This document shows, piece after piece, positions 25,848-38,600 of a DNA stretch of 64,000 bases. The notes under the pieces were generated by a model. The model did not search any database. It saw nothing but the letters and a program-made list of their open reading frames with translations, and had not been told where the DNA came from. The position numbers and the translations under genes were made by a program. The stretch's first letter is position 1, and each line of letters starts with the position of its first letter. Source of the DNA: Albugo candida (Eukaryota); NCBI GenBank assembly GCA_040437565.1, contig JBDOQK010000009.1:434001-498000 (forward strand). The letters run 5' to 3'.

Positions 25848-27338
25848 GGGAATCGTCATTCAGCATTCACGTTTTCTGTAACCAGCACTCAGCCTCCATA
25901 AATTAATGGCCTCTGATTGGTTTAAACAAATATGACAGGTTAAATAAAAATAATTTTTACGGGAATCATTATTCAGCCCACACCCTTCATAAATTGATAA
26001 TATCGTGACGTCTGAATAAAATCAATAAACATAAAACAATAAACTCTAAAAACACAACGGTTTCTGCAAATTTTGTACTACCTTATCGAAGTCTGTATCT
26101 AAATCTACTGCTGCAAGTGTTGCTGCTACTGCTGCTGCTACTGTAGCTTCTTGACGGCATGTTCTGCCATTGTGACCTGTCTTTTGGTATTTTCGATATC
26201 TTCGGCGATGCACGGGTTCATCCAAAGCAGCGCTAACATGCTCAAACTTCGATGGAAGTCGCTGCGTTGAGCTCGATGGCCTACCAAGCATGCACACTTG
26301 CACAGGATCGCGAATTTCTGTCTCTGGGACTGCCAAGAAATAGTCTAGTAGCCCACGCTTACGATAATTGGAAGCATTCTCATAATCATCAGTAATCCTC
26401 ATCAATGCAATGCTTTCTTAATTCTAATCGGCATGTTACCAGCCACCAATGCTGATCAGAACCATCAACAGACAGTGGCATTACTTGTGACGAAAAGCAT
26501 GGGCGCAAGGATAGCCAATTATAGATGTCAACAAGCCCACAAGTAAATTGGAGTTGCAGGAGATTACAGGGTGATCTATATACTTGGTATTCATTTCGAT
26601 GCATTTATTTCAGACCAATCAGAGGCCACACTTTCTATTAATTTATGAAAGGTGGGGGCTGGAGAACAATTTCCGTAACATAATTTTATTTAGGAAACCG
26701 TTAAAATCCCCTCAATTAGATATGGTAGGCTAATTTTATGCTTCCATAGTGCTAACGTACGCCTAGGCAAGGGGCAATACGATAATATGAACCAACAGCC
26801 CGCTCCTTTTCGACGTCAACTTCAGTTCGCGTTCGCCTTTGTTGGTTTCTGATCATTCGTTTTATACTATTTTATACTTCACGTTTTTTTCATAACACAA
26901 AAATATATTATTTTGTAGACTGAGTCCTGTGGGTTCTGTTGTTGCACTTTTACATCTTCGTGCATTGTGTCCTATCCTCCTGTACGGCCAAATCTTCTTT
27001 GCATGGGTGCATCCAGGGCTTCTGCAAAGAGCTAAATTCCGACGAATTCTTTGCGTCAATGATGCAGATGGTTGATTCCTTCGGGTCGATCCAGATGACC
27101 TTCCACGCAGTTGCAGAGATACTGGTTCAACTTGCAGTAGCTGAAGTAGCTTATACTTGGCCAATCGTATTAAACTGAGGAACATAAAACTAGCCGATCA
27201 TATCAAACTGAGGGGATTTTAACGCTTCCGTTTGATTTATTCTGTTATACTTAATATAACCAATCAGAGTCCACTAACCTATTATTCAGGAGGCTGAGTG
27301 ATGATTACAGAAAAAGTGAGTGCTGAATAACGATTCCC
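25848..27338. mobile_element. Non-autonomous Mutator-like element with long TIRs and perfect 9-bp TSD
   Basis: Left end GGGAATCGTCATTCAGCATTCACG... is an inverted repeat of right end ...GTGAGTGCTGAATAACGATTCCC. TAACTTTTG flanks both ends (25839-25847, 27339-27347). Internal minus-strand MULE C-terminal remnant RGRSSGSTRR...GHNARRC. Confidence 0.9.
25957..26679. mobile_element. Related MULE derivative nested in the left TIR of the 25848-27338 element
   Basis: Inverted termini TTACGGGAATCATTATTCAGCCC / GGGCTGGAGAACAATTTCCGTAAC. ATAATTT direct repeats at 25950 and 26680. The host TIR resumes at ~26690, matching 27178-27230. Internal GRPSSSTQRLPSKFEHV...GHNGRTC. Confidence 0.75.
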
Positions 27339-29437
27339 TAACTTTTGGTACATCAACCATATCTTCAAACTTTTGGTATATAAATAATATCTCAAAAAAA
27401 ATGGTATAAAATTCGATGTCTCCTTTTTATATAGCCTAGGCAACTAGAAAAGTCAGTTAGTCTAATTCTAATAATATAGACACCTTTAACTGATTTGAGA
27501 CCTCGCTGATGAAAAAGAAGTATGCTTTTCATCCAATCATTACAATTACACACAGTAACCGATTCGGATTGATGAATATCGTATCACACTAATCTAACGT
27601 AATATTGGGAACTGGACACATCAATTCTAGAGCTTTGAAGGACGGGAGTTTGATCCACCCAATTCGCCAGATCCGATGCTGTCACGTTGGTGCGCTCACA
27701 TGAACGAGGCTTGTCCGGAACCCTTGAAGAACCTTCACTGATTCAGCAGGATCATCCTTCTATGGCGTTGCAAAGCGACGCAATAATCTGAATTACACGT
27801 TCCGGCATTTTACTTGAAGATTGTATCACACCAAACGTGGCATGCTACACCAATAGTGTCTCGAATACAATTTAGTTGTTGGCACTCGACTTTCTCTACG
27901 TTTAATGGTATAAAACTCAATCTATTGCGTGTTGTGACGGAAGAGAATCATTGAATGAATAAGATGCAGTTTATGTGTGCATCGTGAAGAACTGCAAAGG
28001 TCTTATGATATTTGGACTCGATCATATCGTTGGTGTGGATGTCATGGCTGATTTACCTATCAGGTTCAGTCACAGAATAAGAAGTGGTGATTTAAAATCA
28101 TGAAGGCTACAAGATCAGTTTGGTGCCTCACGACAATATCATCATATGGGGTGTTCATCATCTGCAATGCAAGATAAGAGAATAGAGATTCAGGAAGTAG
28201 CTTTGAATAAGAGTTGCGTTCGAGGACTTACAAAAAGCTCAAGCTTAGTGAAAGATGGAAATTGATCGTTCCGAAATAATACCTACTCGAGTAGCGGAGC
28301 TTAAAATCGTAATCAAGAGCTCGAGGAGCGGACACTGGCTCGTGTATCTCAACAGGGCTATCTCTTTTTTTTGTAACGGTTCCATAAAATTGAGATTTTT
28401 TCGTTAGGAAACCGAGGTAAAACTTGCCACAAAGAGAACACCTCTGATTGGCTAGTCAGTGTAAACTAATATGATCGGTCGATATGCCGCTATACTACTC
28501 GTTCTAATGCACATAATTTACATTATACGATTTCTCGATTGAATAAACTCAGAATGAATAGAATAACACTGGCTCTAAATAAATTCATGTAAAGATCATT
28601 TCTTATCTTATTCGTAGAGAGATTTTCAATTAGTCGTTATGAGCATCTCCAAGATGTTATTTTTCTATTCAAGATAGCCCTGACATCGCACCAAACATAC
28701 TTCGCGACGAAGTACCATAAGAAAAGTGGTCGCTGATTGAAATCAGTAGCATTTCTTCACTTCAGTCTTCAAAGTCGCATTTGTAAACTTCCTATAGACA
28801 GAGGATGGAAAGGCCGTAGAGTCACCACACACGACTATTGTCCAAATTTCTCGACTTTCTATTAAAGCTGGACGATCACTTTTTCGATGCGCGTGTGGTA
28901 ATTCCAATCGACAACTTCCCGGGAAAGCGAGCCGTTGATATAATCCTCGACGTTTACCGGTCGTAGAGTGATGTGCAAGAAGCTCATGTCTCGCAAGTTT
29001 AGTGAGCTGTCTTAGCAGAATACCAAAGAACTGCTGCAACAGAGTCACTAAGCCAAAAGAAGTCATCTAGCAACAAATATTCAACATCGGATGAAGTTTG
29101 ATGTTTTTTTTTAAAAACGACCCGAATCGAAGGTGGGAGATTCATAATAAGGTCATGATCTCTTTTTACTTCAGAACGTTTCAAATTCATCAACACTAAT
29201 CGATTTTTGTTCGCGCATACACATTTTCGATTTGAGAACACTACATTGTATTGCTCTTTTATAATGTATGTTACGTAATACAGCCCCCCTATAGACGAAC
29301 AATATTAGTTTAGACCGATAAGCCCATCAGAAGTATACTTCCTGTGGTAATAGTCGGACCCATGTTAATATCCTTCGTAAAGTAATAATCCGAATGGAAC
29401 GAATTAAGTGACAGAAACTTTCCTAATATAATAGAAG

Positions 29438-30368
29438 GGGATTCCTCAACTCATCCTCGCTTTTCCCTAAACTCAACTCATCCAGTTTTTAGCCAATCAT
29501 ATTTCATCATTTTACTTTGTCATTTTTGATTGATTTGGATAATCAAACTTGATGCAGGACGCAACCTGCAACTCCAGGCATTTTTTCGTGTTGCTTGACA
29601 AATACTGCATCTGTGAAGGCAACGGTTTTGTGGATTAGAAATCCGAATTTCATTTTCTGCCTGGACATATTCAAAGCTGAAGAATCTATTTGTGTTGAAT
29701 GATTGCGTGAACCTGATGACCTGCCTCTTCCCCTGATTGGCGGAGGAAGTTCACATGGTGTGCCCACGGTATGCTAATGTACACCGGCCCAAGTGGTTCT
29801 TAGTAATACACTGTTGTTATTACGGGCTAATTGATACTGTTTGAGGGCTATATCCAATGCATGCTTTGATATCTCTCGTCGAACTGCATGCCACATTGGA
29901 TTTCCAAATGATATTGTGTCCACGAAGATGGATTGAATTGCATTGGTATTCTAAATTTTGTTGAATTGATTTGCACATGAAAGGCTGATCCTATTGTAAA
30001 CAGACAGCAAATCTCGTGAATTTTTAATGATGTATTTGTCTAATGTTGCATGCATCCCTTCTAACAGGTGCTAACACTGTTGAAAACCGCACAAAAGGTC
30101 GCACACAAAGCCTTATTGTTCAAAAGGTATATTGGGAACTCCTCGGCGACTATTTTATTTCTTTTTACTACCTTTCACTGCCTACGACTCTTCACAAGAT
30201 GGTGATCTTCCACCAGTGGAGATCTTCAACTCATTGTTGCTTTATTCAGTATAGATCCGGTTGGCTAAAAATATCAAATATGATTGGCTGAAATGATGAA
30301 ATACGATTGGCTAAGAAATGGATGGTGTGAGTTTGAGAAAAAGCAAGGATGAGTTGAGGTTTTTTCCC
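29438..30368. mobile_element. Non-autonomous Mutator-like TIR element
   Basis: ~80-bp imperfect TIRs (GGGATTCCTCAACTCATCCTCGC...AGCCAATCATATTTCATCATTT vs AAATGATGAAATACGATTGGCT...GGATGAGTTGAGGTTTTTTCCC). Degenerate TSD TAATAGAAG/TAATAAAAA. Internal PPIRGRGRSSGSRNHST MULE C-terminal remnant. Confidence 0.8.
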
Positions 30369-30507
30369 TAATAAAAATGTGAGGTCGTCCAGCTGCAAAC
30401 GGGGTGAAGATAATATACGGCGCATCGCCTTCTTTTATGTTCGAAGCCCTATCAACCACATAACTTCAATTCGATCTCTCTCATCGTAAATTTTCTTGCT
30501 CCAGGAA

Positions 30508-31299
30508 ATGTTTTTTTCAAGAATGTACACTAGCGGGAGTCATTTCTACCTGCTTTTTCAGGTGATATGCTACATCGTACCGACCTCAGCGGGTGACTGC
30601 GACATACCTCCAAATGGTTACATATGTGAAGATGAAAAGTCAGGAGAACTTGTTTCCGCAATTTCGATTGGCGGTGTGACCAGGAGAATGAAGTGCGATA
30701 CCTGGAGCAATGAGGATACTAAAATGATACCGATTTCTGTAATGATTGATCTCGAGCCCACCGGCATCGGGGAATGGTGTGATGACTTTCTCTATGTATT
30801 CAAAGACGGAGAAATCTACATCTCACGGCGTATCAGATTGCCTAGAAACGATGACCGTCCAGAAATAAACGAGCAGGAAGTCAGCTATTTGTCATCATAT
30901 CCAAATCAAGGAATCGCTACATGGAGGATTAATATCTCGAGGACTGGTCGTGCGGGTATCTATTTTCCACGTTGGCCTCAAAGACGTGGTCACCTTGTAG
31001 AATCTTCACCTGCACAGGTTGAATTTCACACGGCGGATAAAGTGTATGCACCTCGTCCCTTCAAAGAATACATAGATTCGCCGGACATACCCTTTAAACT
31101 ACATCTGAGTGGTCGGGGAAATGTGGTATTAACAATTAAGCCCTCAGAAGTAGAGGAATTCAATACCAATACCAATTGGGACTTTGGGTACGAGCAGTTA
31201 CAGCTATATGGATTCCAATTTATCAAAACTGGAGGTGAATTAAGAATAAGGGTGGGGATAAAAAAAACCTATGAAGAGCCTCCAGTGAGCGTAGCGTAA
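30508..31299 (+). CDS. Orphan putative secreted protein (effector candidate), ~258-263 aa, intronless
   Basis: Uninterrupted ORF with ATG at 30508 or 30523. The N-terminus SHFYLLFQVICYIVPTSAG|DC looks like a signal peptide. Four Cys in the N-terminal part of the mature protein; no domain recognised. An INR-like CTCATCGTAAATTTTC lies at ~30480. Confidence 0.7.
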   Translation: MFFSRMYTSGSHFYLLFQVICYIVPTSAGDCDIPPNGYICEDEKSGELVSAISIGGVTRRMKCDTWSNEDTKMIPISVMIDLEPTGIGEWCDDFLYVFKDGEIYISRRIRLPRNDDRPEINEQEVSYLSSYPNQGIATWRINISRTGRAGIYFPRWPQRRGHLVESSPAQVEFHTADKVYAPRPFKEYIDSPDIPFKLHLSGRGNVVLTIKPSEVEEFNTNTNWDFGYEQLQLYGFQFIKTGGELRIRVGIKKTYEEPPVSVA

Positions 31300-31949
31300 G
31301 AATGATTCTAAGCCATCTACGGATGATCCGCTACAGTATAGATAGCACTTCAATATTAAAGTAGTCAAACTGATAATCAAATGAAGAAATTTTTCCAGCA
31401 ACTTCGCTTTCCATTTTCTGTTTGCTAGCGTTTCTTTTGTATTCTATGATTGAGGAGCAGTGCATGCTACCTGCTCTGCGTTCTTTGTGCCGAATCACAA
31501 AATCACTAGATCTATACTCACCCTAAATGCGAGAAAAAAAAACCGACCAGGCTTATTCACAATAGCATATTATGATGGTATTCTACTTCATAGATTTATC
31601 AAGCAATCCTCTCAACATAACCCCAATACGACGCGGAATACCTTCTTATGTCTTGCAATTCATTTTCACCCATTTTCCCATCTTTCTGCCTTTCACTGGA
31701 TCATATAACTTGGTATATTTTTTCCAAGTTGAAGTGTCCCGTAGTCCGCTAAAGATTCCATTTTCATGGCTATCTACAGGTAGTCAATTCTGCTATATCA
31801 TTTCGTTACTTCTCAATTGTGTAGCTTACACACGATTAGAAATGCTGTCAGTCAGAAGAATAACGTGTATAATGTGTAACGCGTCAACAGCAACAGCAAT
31901 CGCAGTGGGCTGGCCCAAATCTCGACCACGGCAAAAAAAACGAAGGGAA

Positions 31950-34646
31950 TGAGCCGACGTGAAATCCTCGCAATAGCTGTTCTCGTTCCATGCAAACTTT
32001 TTTCATTAATGAGGCCTTGAATTGTGAAGCCCGCTGGAGGGCGTCAGCTTTGCTAATTGAAAATAGTTGCGGTAGAACCAAGCTGAACTGTGCTTGCAAA
32101 CAAGATCGGATATTTTTCGCTTTTATGATCACAGAAAATCAAATCGACAATTTCAATGAAACGACCTTCACTACATCCTGTCTTGGTGACAGAACATATC
32201 CATATAGTCTGCCGCCAGGATAAAATTCTTTGTCTCTCTCGAAAGCGCTAGAATCTCATCAAGCACGACTGGCAAATTAGATTCAAAAATTTGCTCCTTT
32301 ACCGGCTAAGCTAACGCACCACAGGCAAGATATTGCTTAGCGAAAAAAGTATGTTGAATCAGCTTTACATCCTGTACTGACTCAAACTCGTTACCAGCAA
32401 CTTTCACCAAAGCAAAATGTTTTCGCATATTCTCCCTCCAGTGCGTTTTTGGTTTCATCGAATGCTCAAGTCGTACTGGATCATGTCGCTCGCGCCAAAA
32501 GACTTACAATTCGTAAAATGTTATCACTTCGGCTTCTGAATTAATTTCATGTTTTCATTGTTTTGCAGAAATTCCTTCGACTGGTTAAATCATCTATTTG
32601 GAATATCTTGGTAGAACCGTTCTCACATTCCATGTTTGAAGCTCGCAGTCAATTAAATTTCTGTGATGCACAGGGTAGTTCATGTCGAAAAACGCGTACG
32701 GTTCAGCAATCAAGCTTGTCACTGTTCATCGAGCACGTAGCAACGCTCGAGTGATATTATTTGGGATTATGGAACTTTTCAAAACATATAGTTCACTTCA
32801 GAATTTTTGGATGAATTACTTGTGAGCAGTGATCAATGTCTTCTTCAAGAGGTCGGCCTTCCATGCATGTCAAACGTGCATCAAGAACGAGAAGACGAAA
32901 GCAAACTAAACCGAACGCTCATCAATTATAGCAAGTGCGCCCAGCCGGTAACAACGTATTCGGATGCTGAATTTGCTCAGGATTGCTTGGTGTATTGTGT
33001 CTTGGGCAAGTTGACCTTCTGTATGGACATTCATTCATGAATCTTGCATTGGAGAAGAAAATTAGATAATGGCAGACGATGTGCAAGGAAATAGAGGCAG
33101 TTTAAGCATGCATTAGGAGCCCTTTCAATGTTTGGAAGTCGTTCGCCTTATCTCTATCGATATTGTGAATGTCACGGTTGGATTACATATCGCATTCAAC
33201 CATAGAAGGCAAGTACGCTCAAGAAATCATTAAGGTTGCAAAGTCAGTATAATGCCTCAAGGCAGTATCATTGTACGGTGTTCTTTATATGAACTCGAAT
33301 GAAATGGAAATAGGCCCCAACAGGTAGCAAATGAGAAAGTTATGGTCGAAAGCTCACAGCAATCTCAAGCATCAACAAAGAGTGTAGCTAACGTTATAGG
33401 ACTATTTTNNNNNNNNNNNNNNNNNNNNNNNNNNNNNNNNNNNNNNNNNNNNNNNNNNNNNNNNNNNNNNNNNNNNNNNNNNNNNNNNNNNNNNNNNNNN
33501 NNNNNNNNAATTTCATGTTTTCATTGTTTTGCAGAAATTCCTTCGACTGGTTAAATCATCTATTTGGAATATCTTGGTAGAACCGTTCTCACATTCCATG
33601 TTTGAAGCTCGCAGTCAATTAAATTTCTGTGATGCACAGGGTAGTTCATGTCGAAAAACGCGTACGGTTCAGCAATCAAGCTTGTCACTGTTCATCGAGC
33701 ACGTAGCAACGCTCGAGTGATATTATTTGGGATTATGGAACTTTTCAAAACATATAGTTCACTTCAGAATTTTTGGATGAATTACTTGTGAGCAGTGATC
33801 AATGTCTTCTTCAAGAGGTCGGCCTTCCATGCATGTCAAACGTGCATCAAGAACGAGAAGACGAAAGCAAACTAAACCGAACGCTCATCAATTATAGCAA
33901 GTGCGCCCAGCCGGTAACAACGTATTCGGATGCTGAATTTGCTCAGGATTGCTTGGTGTATTGTGTCTTGGGCAAGTTGACCTTCTGTATGGACATTCAT
34001 TCATGAATCTTGCATTGGAGAAGAAAATTAGATAATGGCAGACGATGTGCAAGGAAATAGAGGCAGTTTAAGCATGCATTAGGAGCCCTTTCAATGTTTG
34101 GAAGTCGTTCGCCTTATCTCTATCGATATTGTGAATGTCACGGTTGGATTACATATCGCATTCAACCATAGAAGGCAAGTACGCTCAAGAAATCATTAAG
34201 GTTGCAAAGTCAGTATAATGCCTCAAGGCAGTATCATTGTACGGTGTTCTTTATATGAACTCGAATGAAATGGAAATAGGCCCCAACAGGTAGCAAATGA
34301 GAAAGTTATGGTCGAAAGCTCACAGCAATCTCAAGCATCAACAAAGAGTGTAGCTAACGTTATAGGACTATTTTTTTAAAATAGTAAGCGCCTTGAAAAT
34401 GTAGAAGTCCTATTGTTTATCCTTTCCCTAGAAAGAACTTTCGTTTCTACGCAACCAACAATTTCTTCCCCAATTCTACGTAATGCTCCTCAGTTAGCGC
34501 TGCTGCCATCCGAAGTGAACGGCCGATATAGTGTAATAATTGGCTCGCGGTATTTACTACTTCTAACACTGTTGCCCACCAAACTACTGAAGCTGGTACT
34601 CGTCTACCAAAAGATCGAGGAAACAAAGACTGACTTGTGTATATCA
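31950..34646 (-). mobile_element. Old degenerate Copia RT/RNase H remnant, host of the 34652-40838 insertion
   Basis: Fragmentary minus-strand motifs resembling ARLVA-GN-Q (~34450) and IAYAVG-LSR (~32320), with many stops. Confidence 0.4.
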
Positions 34647-34651
34647 GAAGA

Positions 34652-34801
34652 GCAAAAACCTCCCTAACTCTTTCTTTTTTGTGCAAATGCGACTGTTATC
34701 AAAAGTTACCATATGCACTTCCTATGTAACCTGTCCGCATCCAACCTACAACATCGCACACTATTTCAAACAGCACAGTCGTTAAATGACATCTTCCAAC
34801 A
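34652..34801 (-). repeat. 3' LTR of the Copia element
   Basis: Diverged direct repeat of 40687-40838; begins TGTTGG on the minus strand right after the PPT. Confidence 0.85.
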
Positions 34802-35435
34802 CTCCTTCTCGGCCGTGTTGTGGTTACTGCAAACTCATGAGTACGCGCACACTGTCGAGCTTGTGGGAATCGAGCGCTTCGTCAATATCTCAGCAATAAT
34901 CTTGTTCGAAGGTACGTGATGCGGTACAATAACCCCTCGTCTCGCTTGATCACACACGAACTTCATCTTTATGTCGATGTGGTTCGCTTTTGAAGGTGAT
35001 GACTCGCCTTCCCGGTTCTTGATCACAGCCTGATTGTAAATCATCATTAGCATCGGGGTCACAATGACCAAGCCCAGCTCATGCAACAGTTCCCGGACAC
35101 CACGTAACTCTCTCGCCCCGTCAGAAGCAGCGACAAACTCAGCTTCCATCGTGGACAACGATACACCACCCTTTTTCTTGCACGTCCAGCTGATAAGCTT
35201 GCCAATCATCATCACGACGGCTCCGGTCAATGACTTTGCGATCCACCTTGTCCGATGCAGAATCTGCATCGCTGAATGACGCAAGATTCAGCTAAGAAAC
35301 AGTACCTGGGTCAGTGACCATGTGAAGATTGAGCGTCTTGCTCCCCTTCAAAAAACGTACGATGCGTTTTGCAAGATTCCAATCGCGCAATCTTGGCTGA
35401 TGTGTTGGTCTTCTTGCCTTATGAACAGAGAAAAC

Positions 35436-35626
35436 TGTCATGCCGCCGAGTCGGGCAACACGACTGAGCTGACCGTATGCTCGATAAGCCATGACGTCAC
35501 AGGCTGACGTCATTAGGAGCATTCTGGAGGGACCTAGAATGATAGGTTAGAGGTAGCACAGGGTAGCGAACCAAGGACCTATATTAAGGCACTTTTCAAT
35601 TACTATGTGAACAACAAGTATTCACA
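35436..35626. mobile_element. Solo LTR inserted in the Copia RT
   Basis: 191 bp bounded by TG...CA with a 5-bp TSD AAAAC/AAAGC. Removing it restores RT motif RCTRPDIAFSVHK. Confidence 0.85.
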
Positions 35627-38600
35627 AAAGCGATGTCGGGTCGGGTGCAACGTGACACCTATAGCAGACTACCTACGAGAGATTAAAAACTCTTGACTGT
35701 TGGATGACCATCGCTCACATGAACCAGCAGCAGATCTTCGTTACCCAAAGATACCTCGTAGCTATCATCGCCGATTGGTGCGCGCACGGTTTTGACCAAG
35801 CTCATTCCCCGCATCACGAAGAAGATCATCGATCGCCTCTTCCTGATCCAGAACGTATCCGCTTTCTCGATGGTGTTGATGCGCACTGCAAGAAATTATC
35901 GGTCTGGCCCAAGCTGCTTGATGAACAAGGACGAGAGACTCTTGAAAAAATCTTGGATCAAATCAGTATTTGACGATCTTACGAGAAGGTCATCTACGTA
36001 TACCCCAACCACGATGATGGTGTCGCCTATACCCTTGTAATAAAGACACATATCCGTGATACAGCGCCCATATCCAGCTTCAGTAAGTTTCATTTGAAGC
36101 AATTTTCTCCATAATTGACCGGCCTGCTTGAGACCGTGTAGTGTCTTCTTCAATTTCAATACAAGTTCACTGCGCCTTCTATCTCTAAACTCTTGGAGGT
36201 ATTGATGTGTCAACACCATCCCGTCTGGTACATGCAGAAAAATGTCCAACCCACTTTCTTTGTCTGTCCGAGCCATATGCGTTTGGTACGTCGCCATGGT
36301 GAGCAGGAACTCTCCAAATACCCGCCAGAGACAGCACAATTTTCACTGTTGACATGGCCATAACGCCGGAAAAGTTAAAAAGAAATCTACTCCGAACTTT
36401 TGCTCATTTTCACATGCAACAAGGCGAGCTTTGAATCTTTCATTTTTGCCTTCGGAGTCAGTCTTCGTCTTGAAAATCCACTTGCTGTGCAACGCATTGC
36501 TGTCCCGAGGTCGTTTGATGACTTCGAAAACTCCTAGCGAATTAAAGCAGAACTGTTCTCTTCCATCGCTTTATTTTATTAGTGTGCCTTCGAGCTATTT
36601 ATACATTCGCCATAATTAGATGGATCGCGCGTAGCAATGTGATTTACCACTTCTTCAGCTATCTCCTTCAGCTGACCATCCATCGCGGGATTTCTTGTTG
36701 TCGAACGCGTCACATGTCGCGATCTTTGCCAAGCCTTATTCTTCTTTTTCGCAACGTCGTGATTCACTTCATCTGCAGTATTATCTGACAAGGCAATTTT
36801 TGGATCACTCCTTCTGATGTCTCGCCTCTATCGCTGATACTAAATTCAGTTCCACGCTGAACATGCGAATTTTGTGCTGCAGTCAAAGTTTCGATTTCGA
36901 TATTCTTGACATGCTGAGTAACAACGATCAACCTTTCCTTTTTCACATACACGCGAAATCCCTTCATCTCATCACTTTTGCCGATGATTATTCCAACTTG
37001 CCTTCGCTGTTGTAGAGAATTCTAGCGCTGGTCTCTGTACACAGAACATATGGAGCCAAAAGCCATAATCTCAAATCTGGTACTTTTCGAGTCAAAACTT
37101 CTTGAGATGATGCCCTGTAGAGCGGCATGGACTTCGATAAAGTATGTACGCTGCGTACTCCACGGAATCTCCCAGAAATATCGAGGCAATCCACACGCAA
37201 AAATCATGCATCTGGCCAAGTTTAAAATAGTCTTGTGCATCCGCTCTGCCTTTCCATTCGACGCCTGGTTTCTAGGCTCAGAGACTTGACGCGCAACCCC
37301 CGTTTTCTTGCAGAATATATCGACATTTTGATATTCGCGACCTCCATCAGTGCGCGTTACATGAACTCGGCAGTTGAACATTTTCTCGAAGAAGACCAAA
37401 AAACTTTCAAATTTCTTTGTTGCCGCGTCCTTCGTATTGGCGGGAAAAATGCGACAATAGTTTGACTTGTGATCAACGAAGTTTATCAGGTATCGATTAC
37501 CCAGCCGATCCTTCGGTGTCATCGGTCCCTTCAAGTCACTTCATATCACTCATCCAACTCCGTCGATAGGTGAATTCTTGCCCGTGTCTTGTTTTGACTG
37601 GTCGTTCTTTGTTCGCTTTCCCAGCGCGCAGGTTAAACAATTAACGCGTTTTTAGTCACTCAGCCGTATCCCTGGTCTCGGGTCTTTACACATACGCTCG
37701 ATAGTGTCATACGACAAATGAGCCATACGTTGATGGAACTGCATTAGCGTGCCGACTTGCACATCTTTATCATCGCTGACAGTCGATTCTTCATATATTA
37801 CCGCCATAATCACATCGCGTGCACTCGTGGGCGGGCGTTTTGATTCGACTTGAAGCACTAGCTCGTTATCTTTCATTTGTACATCAAACACCGCCGCACC
37901 ACTTCTGGAATGCACTAGTGACCGGGAACCATCCACATATGCAAGTTTGAGACCCTTTTTTCTCCAGCTTTCCATACGATATAATATTCCTCGTAATTGA
38001 TGGGAAAAGGTGGGCATCAGTTAATCTTACGGTACGAGGTTCCCCAGCTACAGTTACATGAAGCAGATCTGAACCAACCATCGTGACACGCAGTGATTTT
38101 CAATCCGGTAACATGCATCCGGTGTCACAATCACCAGGTTCCTAAAGCATTTTTTGGTCGTTCACAAAATGTCGACTGGACCCGCTGTCCAAAATCCGCT
38201 GATCCTGAACAATTTCTTGATCACCAACTACAGCGAGAATCACATGAAAACCACCACGTTCGTGTCCTTTTCCCCCACCCTTTTTTTCTTCTTTCCACTA
38301 CAATCAACTGCAATGTGCCCAACATTGTTGAAATTGTAACAAGTTTGGGTATCTTTTCGTGGCTGTTCTGCTCCTACATGCAGCACAGCATCCTTCCCGA
38401 TAGACTTTGCACCATGCACATCAGTTTTAATCGCTGGCACGAAATGGGCCATCTCCTCGGCGTGTCGCAAATAATCCGTGCGATAATTATCGTATATAGC
38501 CATAAGTACGTGTCGTAGGTCAGTTGATGCGTATTGAACGATATTTTCGAGCACTAGCGTCTCTGTGCCACCCGTCGCATCACTCACAGCGACTAGATAC

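Noticed and set aside
27480-29300. Possible additional TE remnants or genes (ORFs 28743-29066 and 28999-29241)
   Set aside because: Too degenerate to assign; no convincing motif, termini or splice structure.
30820-30880. RXLR-dEER-like motif (RRIRLPRNDDRPEINEQE) in the orphan secreted ORF
   Set aside because: It is not a true RxLR and lies ~100 aa from the N-terminus.
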